DNA of 45,781 nt from an uncultured Dehalococcoidia bacterium (GCA_950072105.1 CATMOE010000028.1:1-45781); one strand, 5' to 3'. Shown: positions 27,029-39,080, counted from the first letter of the stretch. Notes: generated from the sequence alone by a model not told the origin. A program made the numbers and translations.

Positions 27029-29485
27029 CTAGTTTAATGGCGCCATCAATCCCTCGTAGTAACCCCGCATAGAACGGTTCAGCTCTCCAAACCTTTTCTC
27101 CACCAGGGAATTCACGGTCCCCTCGGGAAAAGCGCCATCCGGACCACGCTCGCCGGCTGGACATCCGGTCAGGATCTCCAATCCTTCGTCGATGGTTTTA
27201 ACGGAGTATATGTGGAACCGGCCCTCTTTGATCGCCTGGACCACGTCGGACCGCAGCATGAGGTTTCGCAGGTTCTGGTGCGGCACCATAACCCCTTGGT
27301 CCCCGGTCAATCCGGCGATACGGCAAACGTCATACATGCCTTCGACTTTTTGATTGACTCCGCCGATGGGCTGTATTTCCCCTTTCTGATTCACCGACCC
27401 GGTCACGGCGATGTTCTGCTTCAGCGGCAGACCGGACAGGCTAGACATGATGGCGTACAACTCGGTGGAGGAAGCGCTATCTCCGTCGATACCGTCGTAG
27501 GACTGCTCGAAGCAGAGGCTGGTGGATAGCGTCAGCGGTCTTTCTTGACCAAACTTGGCGCCCAAATAGCCGCTCAGGATCAGCACGCCCTTGTCGTGGG
27601 TGCGGCCACTGAGGGACGCTTCCCGTTCGATGTTAATAATCCCATCCCTTCCAGCGAAGGTTTGAGCGGTGATACGCGAAGGACGGCCGAAACTGAAGTC
27701 GCCCAAGTCGTAAACCGCCAGCCCGTTCACTTGACCCACCACGGAGCCGGTGAAATCCAGCAGCAACGACCCATCCTCCACCATCTCCTGAACCCTTTCC
27801 TCCATCTGATTCAACCGGTGGACCTTTTGTGTCAACGCTTGCTCCACGTGTTTACCCAGCACCGAGGAACTAGAATCCTGACCGGCCCAGTAATCCGCTT
27901 CGATCAGCAGGTCTTTGATCTGGCCAAAACGGGTCGAGAGCTTTTTCTGGTCGGACACCATTCGGGCCGCTTGTTCGATCACCCGGGCCGCGCCATCGGA
28001 GTCGAAGGCGCGAAGCCCCTCGTCTTCGCAAGTCCGGCAGATGAAGGCACAATATGCATCGACGTTTTCCGGCGTGATGTCGACTTTGTTGTCGAACTCG
28101 GCCTTTACTTTGAACAGATCCCAAAAGTCTTCATTGTCCATCGTTGTAAGGAGGCGGTAGGTAGACTCATCACCGGTGATTATCACCTTTATGTCCAGCG
28201 GGATCGGCTCCGGGCGCAGCCCTTGGGGCACGAAAAACCCGCTCTGCTCAGCCGGGTCTTCCAACCGGATCTCCCGGTTGCGAATGACCCGTTTCAAACC
28301 TTCCCATACCGGGGGCGAACTCAACACGTCTCGAGCGTTTAAAACCAAATAGCCCCCGTTGGCTTGATGGATCGAACCCGGTTTCAGCATTGTGTGGTCG
28401 CTGAAATACGTGCCCATGGATGCGCGGCGTTCGATGCGGCCGAACAGGTTTCCCCAGTTGGGATTAGGTTCGATAACAATAGGCGCTTTGCCCACGTTGC
28501 TGTTGTCCACTAGGAGATTGATGTCAAAAGCGAGGAAGGGATTCGCGTTTCCCGGTCCGGCAGGCGTACCGGAGGCCGAGGGGGGCGCGGATTGTGCAGG
28601 GTCCGCCTCCTCTTCCTTGAACAGATTCAGGTTGTCCAACACCTTTTCGGCCAGGTGGCCTAGGTAGTGGTTAACTTCAGGAACGTCCCGGTAGGTATTG
28701 ACCGTCGGCCGGAAGATATCTGTAACGCGGTGTTCGGCCGCCGACCGTTCATGGTCACGAATCAAGTCCCAGGATTCTTTCTCCGCCTCTCGAACTTTGG
28801 CCATCGTTTCCTGGGTCTGCTGCATCAACTGGTTGCGAACCTCGTCGATCGATTTCCGTCGCTCCTTTTCAAGATCCTGATATTCCTCCGGAGACATGGC
28901 CCGGTTTTCCACCATGGGGAAAATAGTCACGCCCGTCTGATTGACCTGAATTGCGAACCCTCGATCTCGGGCATCCTGTTCCAACGCGTTCATGATTTCC
29001 TGGGTGGTCAAACGCCCCTTTTCCTCCATCTCCCGGCGCTCGGCTTCGAACTGCTCGCTCTTGAATACCTTGGGCATCTCCTCTCGAAGCAGGGCCAAGA
29101 TGTAGGTCATCCGGGAACGCAAAGACTTCCCCTCACCCGCCGGTAAGCTAAGAGCAAAGGGCCGGTCTGGATCGTCAAAGTTGTAAGCGTAGCACCAATC
29201 AGAGGGTGGCTTACTCCGCTCTTGTCGTTCCATATCTTCGATGATCCCTTCCAAGTGGGCCTTTATCGCGCTGGTTTTGCCGGTACCGGTCAATCCGGTC
29301 ACAAATAAGTTGTAACCGGGTTTGTCCACTTCCAGACCGAACCGTATCGCATCCAGCGCCCGGTCTTGCCCAATGAAGCGGTCGAGAGGCATCAACTCAT
29401 CGGTGCATTGAAAGTTGAAATCCTCTGTTTGGCATGTCCAGCATGTTTCTTGCCAGGGAACCCGATACTTGTCTAATCCATTCAT
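27029..29485 (-). CDS. Lon-like protease (LonC/AAA_32 + S16 domain)
   Basis: IGQDRA, GLTGTGKT, HQANGGYL, FKVKAEFD, catalytic DGDSAS and GGVNQK; start estimated at MNGLDKY. Confidence 0.92.
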   Translation of the reverse strand: MNGLDKYRVPWQETCWTCQTEDFNFQCTDELMPLDRFIGQDRALDAIRFGLEVDKPGYNLFVTGLTGTGKTSAIKAHLEGIIEDMERQERSKPPSDWCYAYNFDDPDRPFALSLPAGEGKSLRSRMTYILALLREEMPKVFKSEQFEAERREMEEKGRLTTQEIMNALEQDARDRGFAIQVNQTGVTIFPMVENRAMSPEEYQDLEKERRKSIDEVRNQLMQQTQETMAKVREAEKESWDLIRDHERSAAEHRVTDIFRPTVNTYRDVPEVNHYLGHLAEKVLDNLNLFKEEEADPAQSAPPSASGTPAGPGNANPFLAFDINLLVDNSNVGKAPIVIEPNPNWGNLFGRIERRASMGTYFSDHTMLKPGSIHQANGGYLVLNARDVLSSPPVWEGLKRVIRNREIRLEDPAEQSGFFVPQGLRPEPIPLDIKVIITGDESTYRLLTTMDNEDFWDLFKVKAEFDNKVDITPENVDAYCAFICRTCEDEGLRAFDSDGAARVIEQAARMVSDQKKLSTRFGQIKDLLIEADYWAGQDSSSSVLGKHVEQALTQKVHRLNQMEERVQEMVEDGSLLLDFTGSVVGQVNGLAVYDLGDFSFGRPSRITAQTFAGRDGIINIEREASLSGRTHDKGVLILSGYLGAKFGQERPLTLSTSLCFEQSYDGIDGDSASSTELYAIMSSLSGLPLKQNIAVTGSVNQKGEIQPIGGVNQKVEGMYDVCRIAGLTGDQGVMVPHQNLRNLMLRSDVVQAIKEGRFHIYSVKTIDEGLEILTGCPAGERGPDGAFPEGTVNSLVEKRFGELNRSMRGYYEGLMAPLN

Positions 29486-29752
29486 CCAGAGCCTCCGGAG
29501 ACCAACGTAGCCGCTTCCGGCATCAGACGCCACTCAATAGGGGTGATTACCTACTTAACTATCTTATGATTGATTGGCAATTATACACTCGAGGCGTTAT
29601 TTGAGATGCCGCAACCTCGCTCAGAGACGCAACCACTCATCGGTTTTTTGGAACGACGGATTCGCCGATACAAAACGCGACACCGGATTCCGGACGCGGG
29701 ATTGGCGAGGTCTCCAGCGGTGGCAAACGGAAGTAAACTGGGTCTATTTGGG

Positions 29753-29782
29753 TTGACATTGAATTTAGCCAAGGCATACAAT
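29753..29782 (+). promoter_or_regulatory. Sigma70 promoter for the DUF151 gene
   Basis: TTGACA-18nt-TACAAT. Confidence 0.65.
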
Positions 29783-29819
29783 CCTTAGGCGTACAGGGTG
29801 ATAAGCGGAGGCAGGTTTA

Positions 29820-30380
29820 ATGCTTGAGATGACCATCGATAGCATCCGGGTCAGCCCGATGAACTACCAGCGGGTTGTAATCCTCAAGGAAAAAGACTCG
29901 GACCGCTACTTGCCTATTTGGATCGGGCCGGCGGAAGCTGACGCTATCGCCGTCAAGCTCCAAGACTTGAGCGTTCCTCGCCCATTGACCCACGACCTGT
30001 TACGCACGGTGATCGACAGCCTAGGCGCTTCCGTCCAGCACATTTTGGTAAGCGATCTCCAGAACGACACCTTCTTCGCCAAGATTTCACTTCAATCCAA
30101 TGGTACTTCCCAGGAGATAGACTGCCGGCCCAGCGACGCGGTGGCCTTGGCCGTTCGGGCCCAGGTACCGATCTACGTCGAAGAATCGGTGCTCGACAAA
30201 GCAGGGATTCTTCTGGACAAAGAAACCGGCAAACCACTGATTCCTGGAGAAGGCGATCAGACCTCGGATGCAAAGCCCGTCGAATTGAAAGAAGAAGACA
30301 TACGGCGCATGTCCGCTTTCACCGACTTCATCGACACATTGGACCTGGAGGACTTCGGCAAGTCGCAACCAAGTAGGTAA
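29820..30380 (+). CDS. Bifunctional nuclease family protein (DUF151)
   Basis: LPIWIGPAEA, PRPLTHDL, DCRPSDAVALA. Confidence 0.94.
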   Translation: MLEMTIDSIRVSPMNYQRVVILKEKDSDRYLPIWIGPAEADAIAVKLQDLSVPRPLTHDLLRTVIDSLGASVQHILVSDLQNDTFFAKISLQSNGTSQEIDCRPSDAVALAVRAQVPIYVEESVLDKAGILLDKETGKPLIPGEGDQTSDAKPVELKEEDIRRMSAFTDFIDTLDLEDFGKSQPSR

Positions 30381-30404
30381 AGTCCCCCAATACTAAAAAA
30401 ATTG

Positions 30405-30440
30405 AACGGCCCCGGCGTTATCAACGTCAGGGCCGTTTTC
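30405..30440 (+). terminator. Intrinsic terminator
   Basis: AACGGCCC...GGGCCGTT followed by a T-rich tract. Confidence 0.65.
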
Positions 30441-30479
30441 CGTTTTCTCGGCCGTCGAATCTCCTAGTGAGGGCCTCAA

Positions 30480-30508
30480 TTGACTTTTAAAAAGCATCCT
30501 GATACCAT
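30480..30508 (+). promoter_or_regulatory. Putative atp operon promoter
   Basis: TTGACT-17nt-TACCAT. Confidence 0.55.
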
Positions 30509-30529
30509 TCACCAGGCTCGGCGGCAAGG

Positions 30530-30772
30530 ATGAATCTGTGGGTCCTGGCTGTAAGGCTCACGGGCCTGGGTTGGTATGTCGCCCTATGCATCGTCTTCGG
30601 TATTGTGGGCGGGCTTGCACTAGACGGGCTATTAGAAACCAAACCCCTCTTTATGTTGCTGGGTATTCTGCTGGGTTCCGTGGTCGCGTTTTGGGGACTC
30701 TATAAAATGGTCCAACCCCTCTTGAACGCGGCGGCGAGCCAAAGCAAAAACGATAACGGGAGTAATAGTTAG
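30530..30772 (+). CDS. AtpZ/AtpI family membrane protein
   Basis: Two TM helices, GGLALD..L.T.P.FML.G..LG; first gene of the atp operon. Confidence 0.85.
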   Translation: MNLWVLAVRLTGLGWYVALCIVFGIVGGLALDGLLETKPLFMLLGILLGSVVAFWGLYKMVQPLLNAAASQSKNDNGSNS

Positions 30773-31794
30773 TGCCATCGGGCAGCGCTGCCAGGAACCT
30801 CCTCGTATTAGCTGGATTAGGGCTCCTGGCCCTTTTGCTGGCTGGGGCCGTAATGGGCGTCATAGGTCAAAAGATCTTAGGCCTTGGCGACGGTTACGTG
30901 TCCAAGCCGGAGATCCATCTCCCTCCACAACCGATATTCCCCGCTTCGGTTCGTGACAAACACCTCGGGCTGACTCCGGCCAAAGATCACGTGGAAGAGC
31001 CGCAAAAAGACGAGGACCACAAAGAAGGAACCGCGGCAAAAGATGCTCAAGAGGGAGAAGCCCACTCCACTCCCTTGCCGATAATGCAATTCGCCGTAAC
31101 CAACACTTTGCTATCGGCATGGTTCGCCACCGTGATGTTGGTCCTTTTCTTCGTTTTGGGTTCCCGGAAGAAAAGCTTGGTACCCGGCCGGTTCCAAAGC
31201 CTCGTAGAGTCTCTCATCGAGGCGGCCTTGAGCTTCTGCAGCAGTGTTCTGGGTCCGGAGATGGGACGGAAGGCGTTCCCCGTTGTGGCGACGATTTTCT
31301 TCTTTGTGCTTTTCAACGCTTGGCTGGCTCTACTGCCCTTTTACCAATTCTTGGGATTCACCAAAGATGGTGAGATCAAAGCCCATCTGCTTCGGTCGGC
31401 CGGCACGGATCTAAACTTCCCGTTGGCCCTAGCCCTGATCTCCTTTGTTTTCGTCGAATACTGGGGGATAAGGTCCCACGGGCTAGGCTACTTCAAAAAG
31501 TTCTTTGCCATAGGTGGCCTGTTGCGGCTCCGCCCTTCGGGTATAATCGACGCCTTCGTGGGCTTTTTAGAGTTGATCAGCGAATTTGTCCGGATAGTCA
31601 GCTTCACCTTCCGGCTTTTCGGCAACATGACCGCCGGTGAGATTCTGGTGGTCATGATAACGTTCCTGGTTCCATTCGTGGCCGTGGAGTTTGTTTTCGG
31701 GTTGGAGTTGCTGGTAGGTCTGATTCAGGCCGTCATATTCGCGTCTCTCACCCTGGTATTCTTGTCGGTGGCGGTGAGCCACCAGGAACATTAA
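30772..31794 (+). CDS. atpB: ATP synthase Fo subunit a
   Basis: PGRFQSLVE, SFTFRLFGNMTAGE (conserved Arg), IQAVIF. Confidence 0.95.
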   Translation: MPSGSAARNLLVLAGLGLLALLLAGAVMGVIGQKILGLGDGYVSKPEIHLPPQPIFPASVRDKHLGLTPAKDHVEEPQKDEDHKEGTAAKDAQEGEAHSTPLPIMQFAVTNTLLSAWFATVMLVLFFVLGSRKKSLVPGRFQSLVESLIEAALSFCSSVLGPEMGRKAFPVVATIFFFVLFNAWLALLPFYQFLGFTKDGEIKAHLLRSAGTDLNFPLALALISFVFVEYWGIRSHGLGYFKKFFAIGGLLRLRPSGIIDAFVGFLELISEFVRIVSFTFRLFGNMTAGEILVVMITFLVPFVAVEFVFGLELLVGLIQAVIFASLTLVFLSVAVSHQEH

Positions 31795-31924
31795 CCAGAC
31801 CGGGAAGCCCGGTGAAAATGTTGAATAGCCGGTCCCAAGGCCGTCGAAGGGAAGGGGACCGGCAGGTAATCCGGATTCAAGGCGATCTTGACACCATAAA
31901 ATCATTCTAGGAGGCCAAACGGTC

Positions 31925-32176
31925 ATGGATCTCGTCCTTTTGCAATTCGCACCAGAAGCTGCGAAATTCATCGGAGCGGGGCTAGCTATCGGATTAGGTG
32001 TGGTTGGTCCCGGCATTGGAATCGGTATCCTAGGCGCCGGCGCCATGGGCGCCATCGGCCGCAACCCCGAGGCCGCCGGTCAGATTCAGGTAAATATGAT
32101 TTTGGCCATCGCCTTCGCGGAGGCTTTGGGCATCTACGCATTGATCGTAGCGGTCATCCTGTTGTTCGTGGTCTGA
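31925..32176 (+). CDS. atpE: ATP synthase Fo subunit c
   Basis: GxGxG helix, RNPE loop, FAEALGIY. Confidence 0.97.
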   Translation: MDLVLLQFAPEAAKFIGAGLAIGLGVVGPGIGIGILGAGAMGAIGRNPEAAGQIQVNMILAIAFAEALGIYALIVAVILLFVV

Positions 32177-32177
32177 C

Positions 32178-32687
32178 ATGACGGAGCTAGGAATCAACCT
32201 TCCCAGCTTGATCGCATACCTGCTTAACTTTCTGATCCTGCTGGGAGTACTTTATCTAATGGCCTATAAGCCAATCATACGGCTATTAGACCAACGCGCC
32301 GACCGGATACGGGAAAGCCTGGCCGCGGCGGACCAAGCAAGACAAGAGGCGACCAGCGCCAGGGAATCCATTGAAGAGCAGATCAACGAAGCCCGCCGGG
32401 AAGGCCAGCGATTGTTGGAGCAAGCTAGGGAAGCATCGGACCGGTTTCGCGGCGAGGAGATGGACCGGGCCAGGGGTGAGGCCGAGGCTTTCATTGAGCG
32501 GGCCCATGCCGACATCCAACGGGAACGCGACGCCGCCATCCAAGAAGTCCGGGCCAATTTTGGCGAACTGGCCATAACCGCGGCTGAGCGGGTGATACGC
32601 CGCTCTCTGGACCGTCAAACCCACCAAGAATTGATCTCTCAAGTCCTGGAAGAGGGCGGTTCAGCCTCCGGCAATGGGAGGGCATAG
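32178..32687 (+). CDS. atpF: ATP synthase Fo subunit b
   Basis: N-terminal TM (NFLIL), YKPI..LDQR, coiled coil. Confidence 0.95.
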   Translation: MTELGINLPSLIAYLLNFLILLGVLYLMAYKPIIRLLDQRADRIRESLAAADQARQEATSARESIEEQINEARREGQRLLEQAREASDRFRGEEMDRARGEAEAFIERAHADIQRERDAAIQEVRANFGELAITAAERVIRRSLDRQTHQELISQVLEEGGSASGNGRA

Positions 32688-32694
32688 ATAGCCT

Positions 32695-33234
32695 ATGCCG
32701 AAGCGCGTCTCCGGGCAGCGTTACGCCCAAGCAATCTTCGAGTTGGCGTTGGAGCAAGGACAGACCGACGAGTGGGCCGCCGATCTTGAATTGGCTGGCC
32801 AGGTGCTTCGGGACGAGGAGTTCCGCACCTTCCTGAACCACGCGGAAGTCCCCGCCGATGAGAAGATAAAATCTGTAGAAGCCGTCTTGCCGGACGTTCA
32901 TCCGCTGATTCGCAACTTGTTGAAAGTTCTGGTTACCAAGGGATCAGCCAACCTTGCTCCGGAGTTGAGTGACGCTTACGCTAAGCTGTTGGACATCCAC
33001 CATGGACGCCAACGGATCGAAGTTGTGACAGCGGTGGCGTTGGACGATGCCGAGCTTCAAAGTATCACCCAGTTCGTCTCCAACTTGACTGGAAAAGATG
33101 TCGTGGTTACCACCGAAGTTGACGAAGACATAATCGGCGGCATTGTGATCCAGATAGGAGACCAACTACTCGACGGCAGCACCCGGACACACTTGGAAGC
33201 GCTAAGGAAGCGGGTGCGTTCCGGCATTAGCTAG
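32695..33234 (+). CDS. atpH: ATP synthase F1 subunit delta
   Basis: [14 protein letters not shown]....GD.LLDGS. Confidence 0.95.
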   Translation: MPKRVSGQRYAQAIFELALEQGQTDEWAADLELAGQVLRDEEFRTFLNHAEVPADEKIKSVEAVLPDVHPLIRNLLKVLVTKGSANLAPELSDAYAKLLDIHHGRQRIEVVTAVALDDAELQSITQFVSNLTGKDVVVTTEVDEDIIGGIVIQIGDQLLDGSTRTHLEALRKRVRSGIS

Positions 33235-33295
33235 TCTTGGAACCGATTACGAAGGCCCGGGCTCGGCCAAGCCGGACCAGAAAAGGGAGTCACCA

Positions 33296-34807
33296 ATGGC
33301 GACTAGAGGACAAGATATAGTTTCCTTGATCAAGCGCCAGATCGAAGAGTTCGAAGGCGATCTGACCTTGGTGGACGTTGGAACAGTGGTCCAAGTGGGC
33401 GACGGAGTTGCCAGCATCCAAGGGTTGCAGGGCGTCCGCTACAACGAACTCTTGGACTTCGGCAGCGACGTTCTAGGCCTGGCATTGAACTTAGAATCCG
33501 ACCTGGTCGGCGCGGCTATTCTCGGTGACCCCAACGTGGTCAAGGAAGGAGACCGGGTCCGCTCCACCGGGAGAATCATTGAGGTCCCGGTGGGCGATGC
33601 CCTGATCGGCCGTGTCGTAAATCCGGTTGGAAATCCCTTAGATGGAAAAGGGCCCGTAAATACCACCTCCACTCGCCCGGTCGAAAAAGTTGCTCCCAAC
33701 GTAGTGTCCCGGCAATCGGTGGATACACCGGTGCAAACCGGTATCAAGGCTGTTGACGCCATGATCCCCATCGGCCGCGGTCAACGGGAGCTGATAATCG
33801 GCGACCGGTCCACAGGCAAAACCACCATAGCCCTGGATGCCATCATTAACCAAAAGGGCGGCGACCTGATCTGCATTTACGTCGGCATCGGCCAGAAACA
33901 GGGCAAAGTGGCCCAAGTGGTCAACATTTTGGAAGAAAACGGCGCGATGGAACACACCATCGTCGTCACCGCCGGCGCCGCCGACTCCGCTCCGATGCAG
34001 TACATCGCCCCTTACGCGGGCTGTGCCATGGCCGAAGAGTTCATGGCCCAAGGCAAGGACGTACTTATCGTCTACGACGACCTGACGAAACATGCCTGGG
34101 CCTACCGCCAGATGTCTTTGCTGCTGCGCCGCCCGGCCGGTCGCGAAGCCTATCCCGGCGACATTTTTTACCTGCACAGCCGGTTGCTGGAGCGGTCTGC
34201 CCGGCTGGACGAAGCCAACGGCGGCGGCTCTATCACCGCGTTACCAATCATCGAGACTCAGGCCGGAGACGTTTCGGCGTACATACCTACAAACGTCATT
34301 TCAATCACCGACGGGCAGATCTACCTTGAAACGGAGTTGTTCAATGCCGGTATCAGGCCGGCGGTCAACGTAGGTTTGTCAGTGTCCCGAGTGGGCGGCG
34401 CCGCCCAAACCAGAGCCATCCGCCGTGTGGCGGGCCGTTTACGCCTAGACTTGGCCCAATACCGGGAACTAGCCACCTTTGCCCAGTTCGGTACCGCCGA
34501 TCTGGATGCCGCTACCAGGGCCCAACTGGCCCGGGGCCAGCTTGCCACGGAAATCCTGAAGCAGCCTCATTCCAATCCGCTATCCTTGGAGCATGAAGTA
34601 ATCATCCTGTTCGCGGTCAATGAAGGGCTTATTGAAGACATTCCTCTGGAGCGCTGTGCTGACTTCCAAGACCAATTGTTGCGGCACATGTCGTCAACTC
34701 ACCCGCAGATCGGCCAAGACATCGCGACGGCCAAAGATATTACACCGGAGATTGAATCTGCTTTGACCCAGGCCATTAACGACTTCAAGGGCGGGTTCAA
34801 CGCTTAA
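33296..34807 (+). CDS. atpA: ATP synthase F1 subunit alpha
   Basis: [29 protein letters not shown]. Confidence 0.98.
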   Translation: MATRGQDIVSLIKRQIEEFEGDLTLVDVGTVVQVGDGVASIQGLQGVRYNELLDFGSDVLGLALNLESDLVGAAILGDPNVVKEGDRVRSTGRIIEVPVGDALIGRVVNPVGNPLDGKGPVNTTSTRPVEKVAPNVVSRQSVDTPVQTGIKAVDAMIPIGRGQRELIIGDRSTGKTTIALDAIINQKGGDLICIYVGIGQKQGKVAQVVNILEENGAMEHTIVVTAGAADSAPMQYIAPYAGCAMAEEFMAQGKDVLIVYDDLTKHAWAYRQMSLLLRRPAGREAYPGDIFYLHSRLLERSARLDEANGGGSITALPIIETQAGDVSAYIPTNVISITDGQIYLETELFNAGIRPAVNVGLSVSRVGGAAQTRAIRRVAGRLRLDLAQYRELATFAQFGTADLDAATRAQLARGQLATEILKQPHSNPLSLEHEVIILFAVNEGLIEDIPLERCADFQDQLLRHMSSTHPQIGQDIATAKDITPEIESALTQAINDFKGGFNA

Positions 34808-34841
34808 GGCATGCGAGATGAGGCCGAAGGGAAAGAGATAA

Positions 34842-35705
34842 ATGCCTAGCGTTAGAGACATGCGCCGCCGCATCCACAGCGTGCAAAATACCGGCAAGGT
34901 GACCAACGCCATGTCGCTGATCGCGGCGTCCAAGATGCGGCGCGCCCAACAGGCGGTAACCCAAGGACGGCCCTTCGCTGAGAAGATTCAAGAAATCATC
35001 ACCCACCTGGCGGCCCAGCCCGGCGATGACGAAGGCACCGTACATCCCTTGCTTCAGGTACGACCCGTGCAGCGGGTGGGTATTCTAGTGATCAGTCCGG
35101 ACCGGGGCTTATGCGGCGGCATGCACGCCAACCTGAACCGGGTAGTGGGTCAGTTCATGCTGGAGCAAACGGTTCCAATCACTGCCATCGTAGCGGGTAG
35201 AAAAAGCAGAGACTTCATGGTCCGCTCCGGGCAGGAGGTCAAAGCGGTTTTTACCGAACTGCCAGACCGCCCGGTCTTGGCAGATACTATCGCCATTTCC
35301 CACTTGGTCATCGACTCCTATTCCGAAGGCGAGGTGGACGAGGTTCATCTAGCCTTCACCAGGTTCGCTTCTACTTTGTCCCAAATACCGGTCATTGAGA
35401 AGCTGCTGCCAGTTGCGCCCGCATCTCTGACCGGTTCGGAAAGGGTCGGATACATCTACGAGCCGGACAGCCTAGCGGTGCTGGGGAGCTTGTTGCCGCG
35501 ATATGTTGAGATGGAGGTATTCCATGCTCTGCTGGAGTCCAACGCCAGCGAGCAGTCGTCCCGCATGGTCGCCATGCGTAACGCAACCGAAAACGCCAAC
35601 GAACTGATGAACGACATGACCCTGGTGATGAACCGGATCCGCCAGGATGGCATTACCAACGAATTGCTGGACCTGATCGGAGGACAGATGGCCCTGGAAG
35701 GCTAA
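34842..35705 (+). CDS. atpG: ATP synthase F1 subunit gamma
   Basis: KVTNAMSLIAASK, DRGLCG, SEQSSRMVAMRNATENA. Confidence 0.97.
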   Translation: MPSVRDMRRRIHSVQNTGKVTNAMSLIAASKMRRAQQAVTQGRPFAEKIQEIITHLAAQPGDDEGTVHPLLQVRPVQRVGILVISPDRGLCGGMHANLNRVVGQFMLEQTVPITAIVAGRKSRDFMVRSGQEVKAVFTELPDRPVLADTIAISHLVIDSYSEGEVDEVHLAFTRFASTLSQIPVIEKLLPVAPASLTGSERVGYIYEPDSLAVLGSLLPRYVEMEVFHALLESNASEQSSRMVAMRNATENANELMNDMTLVMNRIRQDGITNELLDLIGGQMALEG

Positions 35706-35756
35706 ACGAATCAGCAGCAAAGCGCGAGCGCAATCTTTAGAGACTTGCTAACTTAG

Positions 35757-37169
<1,413 letters not shown>

Positions 37170-37297
37170 GCGTCAGTTGCGCCGGGCACCGGCATATCTG
37201 AAGCGAGGCACCCGTGATCAAGTAATCTCACGCCGTAACCGGTTCAGCTCCGCTGATGTTGTTATTCTTCTTTGAAGCCGGTTAAGCGAAAGAGTCA

Positions 37298-37502
37298 GTG
37301 CCCCCAAAGATACGAGACCTAATCACCGACCTCGAACGTGCCCTGTTTGTGAACCGGAGAGGCAGAGGCAGTCATAGAAACTTTATTCATCCCAACGTTA
37401 TTCAAACCGATCACAATTTCAGGCAACCTGGGTGACGATGCCAAACAGTATCAGGTAAGGGCGGTGCGGCTGGCCATCGAGGAGTCGAAAAGTGAAGGAT
37501 AG
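37298..37502 (+). pseudogene. hicA: Frameshifted HicA-family toxin
   Basis: GTG start: MPPKIRDLITDLERALFVNRRGRGSHRNFIHPNV, then a stop at 37433-37435. The +1 frame continues KPITISGNLGDDAKQYQVRAVRLAIEESKSEG*. GSH is the HicA motif. Frameshift near 37400. Confidence 0.75.
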
Positions 37503-37731
37503 CGCGAAGTACGTAAAGATCGTGGAATGGTCCGACGAGGATCAATGCTATGTAGGAAGTTCCCTTGGATTGATTTTTGGCGGGTGCCATGGGGACAACG
37601 AAAGAGAGGTTTTCGGCGAGCTCTGCCGGATAGTTGAAGAGGTCATCGAACTCTTCCAAAAAGATGGCAACCCTCTTCCACCAGCAACTTCTGGCCGTGA
37701 TTTTGCGAATAAAATGCAGAGCGTTACCTGA
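37492..37731 (+). CDS. hicB: Short HicB-family antitoxin (no DNA-binding domain)
   Basis: Y..IVEWSDEDQCYVG...GCHGDNE.EVF.EL..IVEEVI..FQKDGNPLPP. Confidence 0.8.
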   Translation: MKDSAKYVKIVEWSDEDQCYVGSSLGLIFGGCHGDNEREVFGELCRIVEEVIELFQKDGNPLPPATSGRDFANKMQSVT

Positions 37732-37822
37732 CTTCTGCCTGTGGCTGACTCACAAATTCTCGCCATCTGATGAGCTTAACCGATTGCTACTTGGCAATTG
37801 TCAACCGGAAGGATGAAAAACC

Positions 37823-38269
37823 ATGGCGACAATGCAACTGGAAATAATCACTGCGGAGCAACAGGTCTACAACGACGAAGTGGAATTGGTGGTTGCTCCC
37901 GGTATTGAAGGCGAATTGGGCATCTTGGCCCACCATGCCCCCCTGATGACGGCGTTGCAGCCTGGAGAAATTCTGATCCGTAAAGACGGGGAAGAGACCT
38001 ATCTGGCCGTAACCGGGGGTTTCTTGGAGGTCATGGGCAACAAGGTCACCATCTTGGCCGATGCCTGTGAACGTTCCGACGAGATAAACGAAGAGCGCGC
38101 CCAGATAGCGGTGGACCGGGCCCGAGAGCGGATGGCCAACCAGGGCACCGACATGCAATTGGAGCGGGCCGTGGCTTCCGTACGCCGGGCCCAAGTGCGG
38201 CTGAACGTGGTGCGGCGGCGGCGGACCAGGGCGCCTAGGCCGGGTGCCGGAGATGCCGGCGGGGCGTAA
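37823..38269 (+). CDS. atpC: ATP synthase F1 subunit epsilon
   Basis: LEIITAE, GELGILAHHAPLMTAL, GGFLEV, INEERA. Confidence 0.96.
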   Translation: MATMQLEIITAEQQVYNDEVELVVAPGIEGELGILAHHAPLMTALQPGEILIRKDGEETYLAVTGGFLEVMGNKVTILADACERSDEINEERAQIAVDRARERMANQGTDMQLERAVASVRRAQVRLNVVRRRRTRAPRPGAGDAGGA

Positions 38270-38307
38270 ATAATTTTGGCAGAGTGAGCGGACAGGCTGA
38301 GAACAGG

Positions 38308-38970
38308 CTACTCAACCGAATTGTCGGTCAAGTAGTAAGTCATAGACTGCAAGGATAACACCGGGTCGATGTTCCTCACCCGGACCCCTTCCCTCACCTG
38401 AGGCGATATCGGGGCATAGTTCAGCACCGCACGCACTCCGCAAGCCACTAATCGGTCCACTACGCCTTGCGTATGCTCCGTGGGCACGGCCACAATGGCT
38501 ATACTGATTTTCTTGCTGCTTACTATCTCGTCCAGTTGCTCCAGAGAGCTGACAGTTAACCCGGCAATCGTTTCCCCTACCACATCGGAGTTTGAGTCAA
38601 ACGCGGCAACGATATGGAATCCGTCAGGCGTGAATCCGGGATAACTGAGGATGGCTCTACCCAGGCGGCCTACTCCCACAACGGCAACATTCCAGAAGGA
38701 GTTAAGACCAAGGATCAACTTCAGCCTTTCCAAGAGGTGAATGACGCTGTAACCGCGTCCCTGCTTGCCGAACCGGCCAAAATAGCTCAGATCCTTGCGG
38801 ATCTGAGCCGGGGTCACCTGCAATTTCTCGCCCAGTTGCTGGGAGCTGACAACCTCAGCGCCCTCTTGGAACAGACGGGTGAGGATTCGAACATACAGGG
38901 GAAGGCGAGCGACCACCACTTCTGGCGCGTCGGACCGGCGTTGGTTTTGTGAAGCGGAATCAAGGGCCAT
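38308..38970 (-). CDS. rex: Redox-sensing transcriptional repressor Rex
   Basis: RLPLY.R.L, QIRKDLSYFG.FGKQGRGY, VGVGRLGRA, LNYAP; start estimated at MALDS. Confidence 0.95.
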   Translation of the reverse strand: MALDSASQNQRRSDAPEVVVARLPLYVRILTRLFQEGAEVVSSQQLGEKLQVTPAQIRKDLSYFGRFGKQGRGYSVIHLLERLKLILGLNSFWNVAVVGVGRLGRAILSYPGFTPDGFHIVAAFDSNSDVVGETIAGLTVSSLEQLDEIVSSKKISIAIVAVPTEHTQGVVDRLVACGVRAVLNYAPISPQVREGVRVRNIDPVLSLQSMTYYLTDNSVE

Positions 38971-39080
38971 ATAGTTCCAGCTCCTCCACACGGTGCTACC
39001 GCGTGGTCTACCAGAGTAAGCGGCCAGGCGACTGGTTCGTGCGTTACGGACAGGCCGAGTTAGGAATATCCGAGATATAA

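Noticed and set aside
29570..29788. Short ORFs between the Lon-like gene and DUF151
   Set aside because: They overlap the promoter region, lack an SD and show no motifs.
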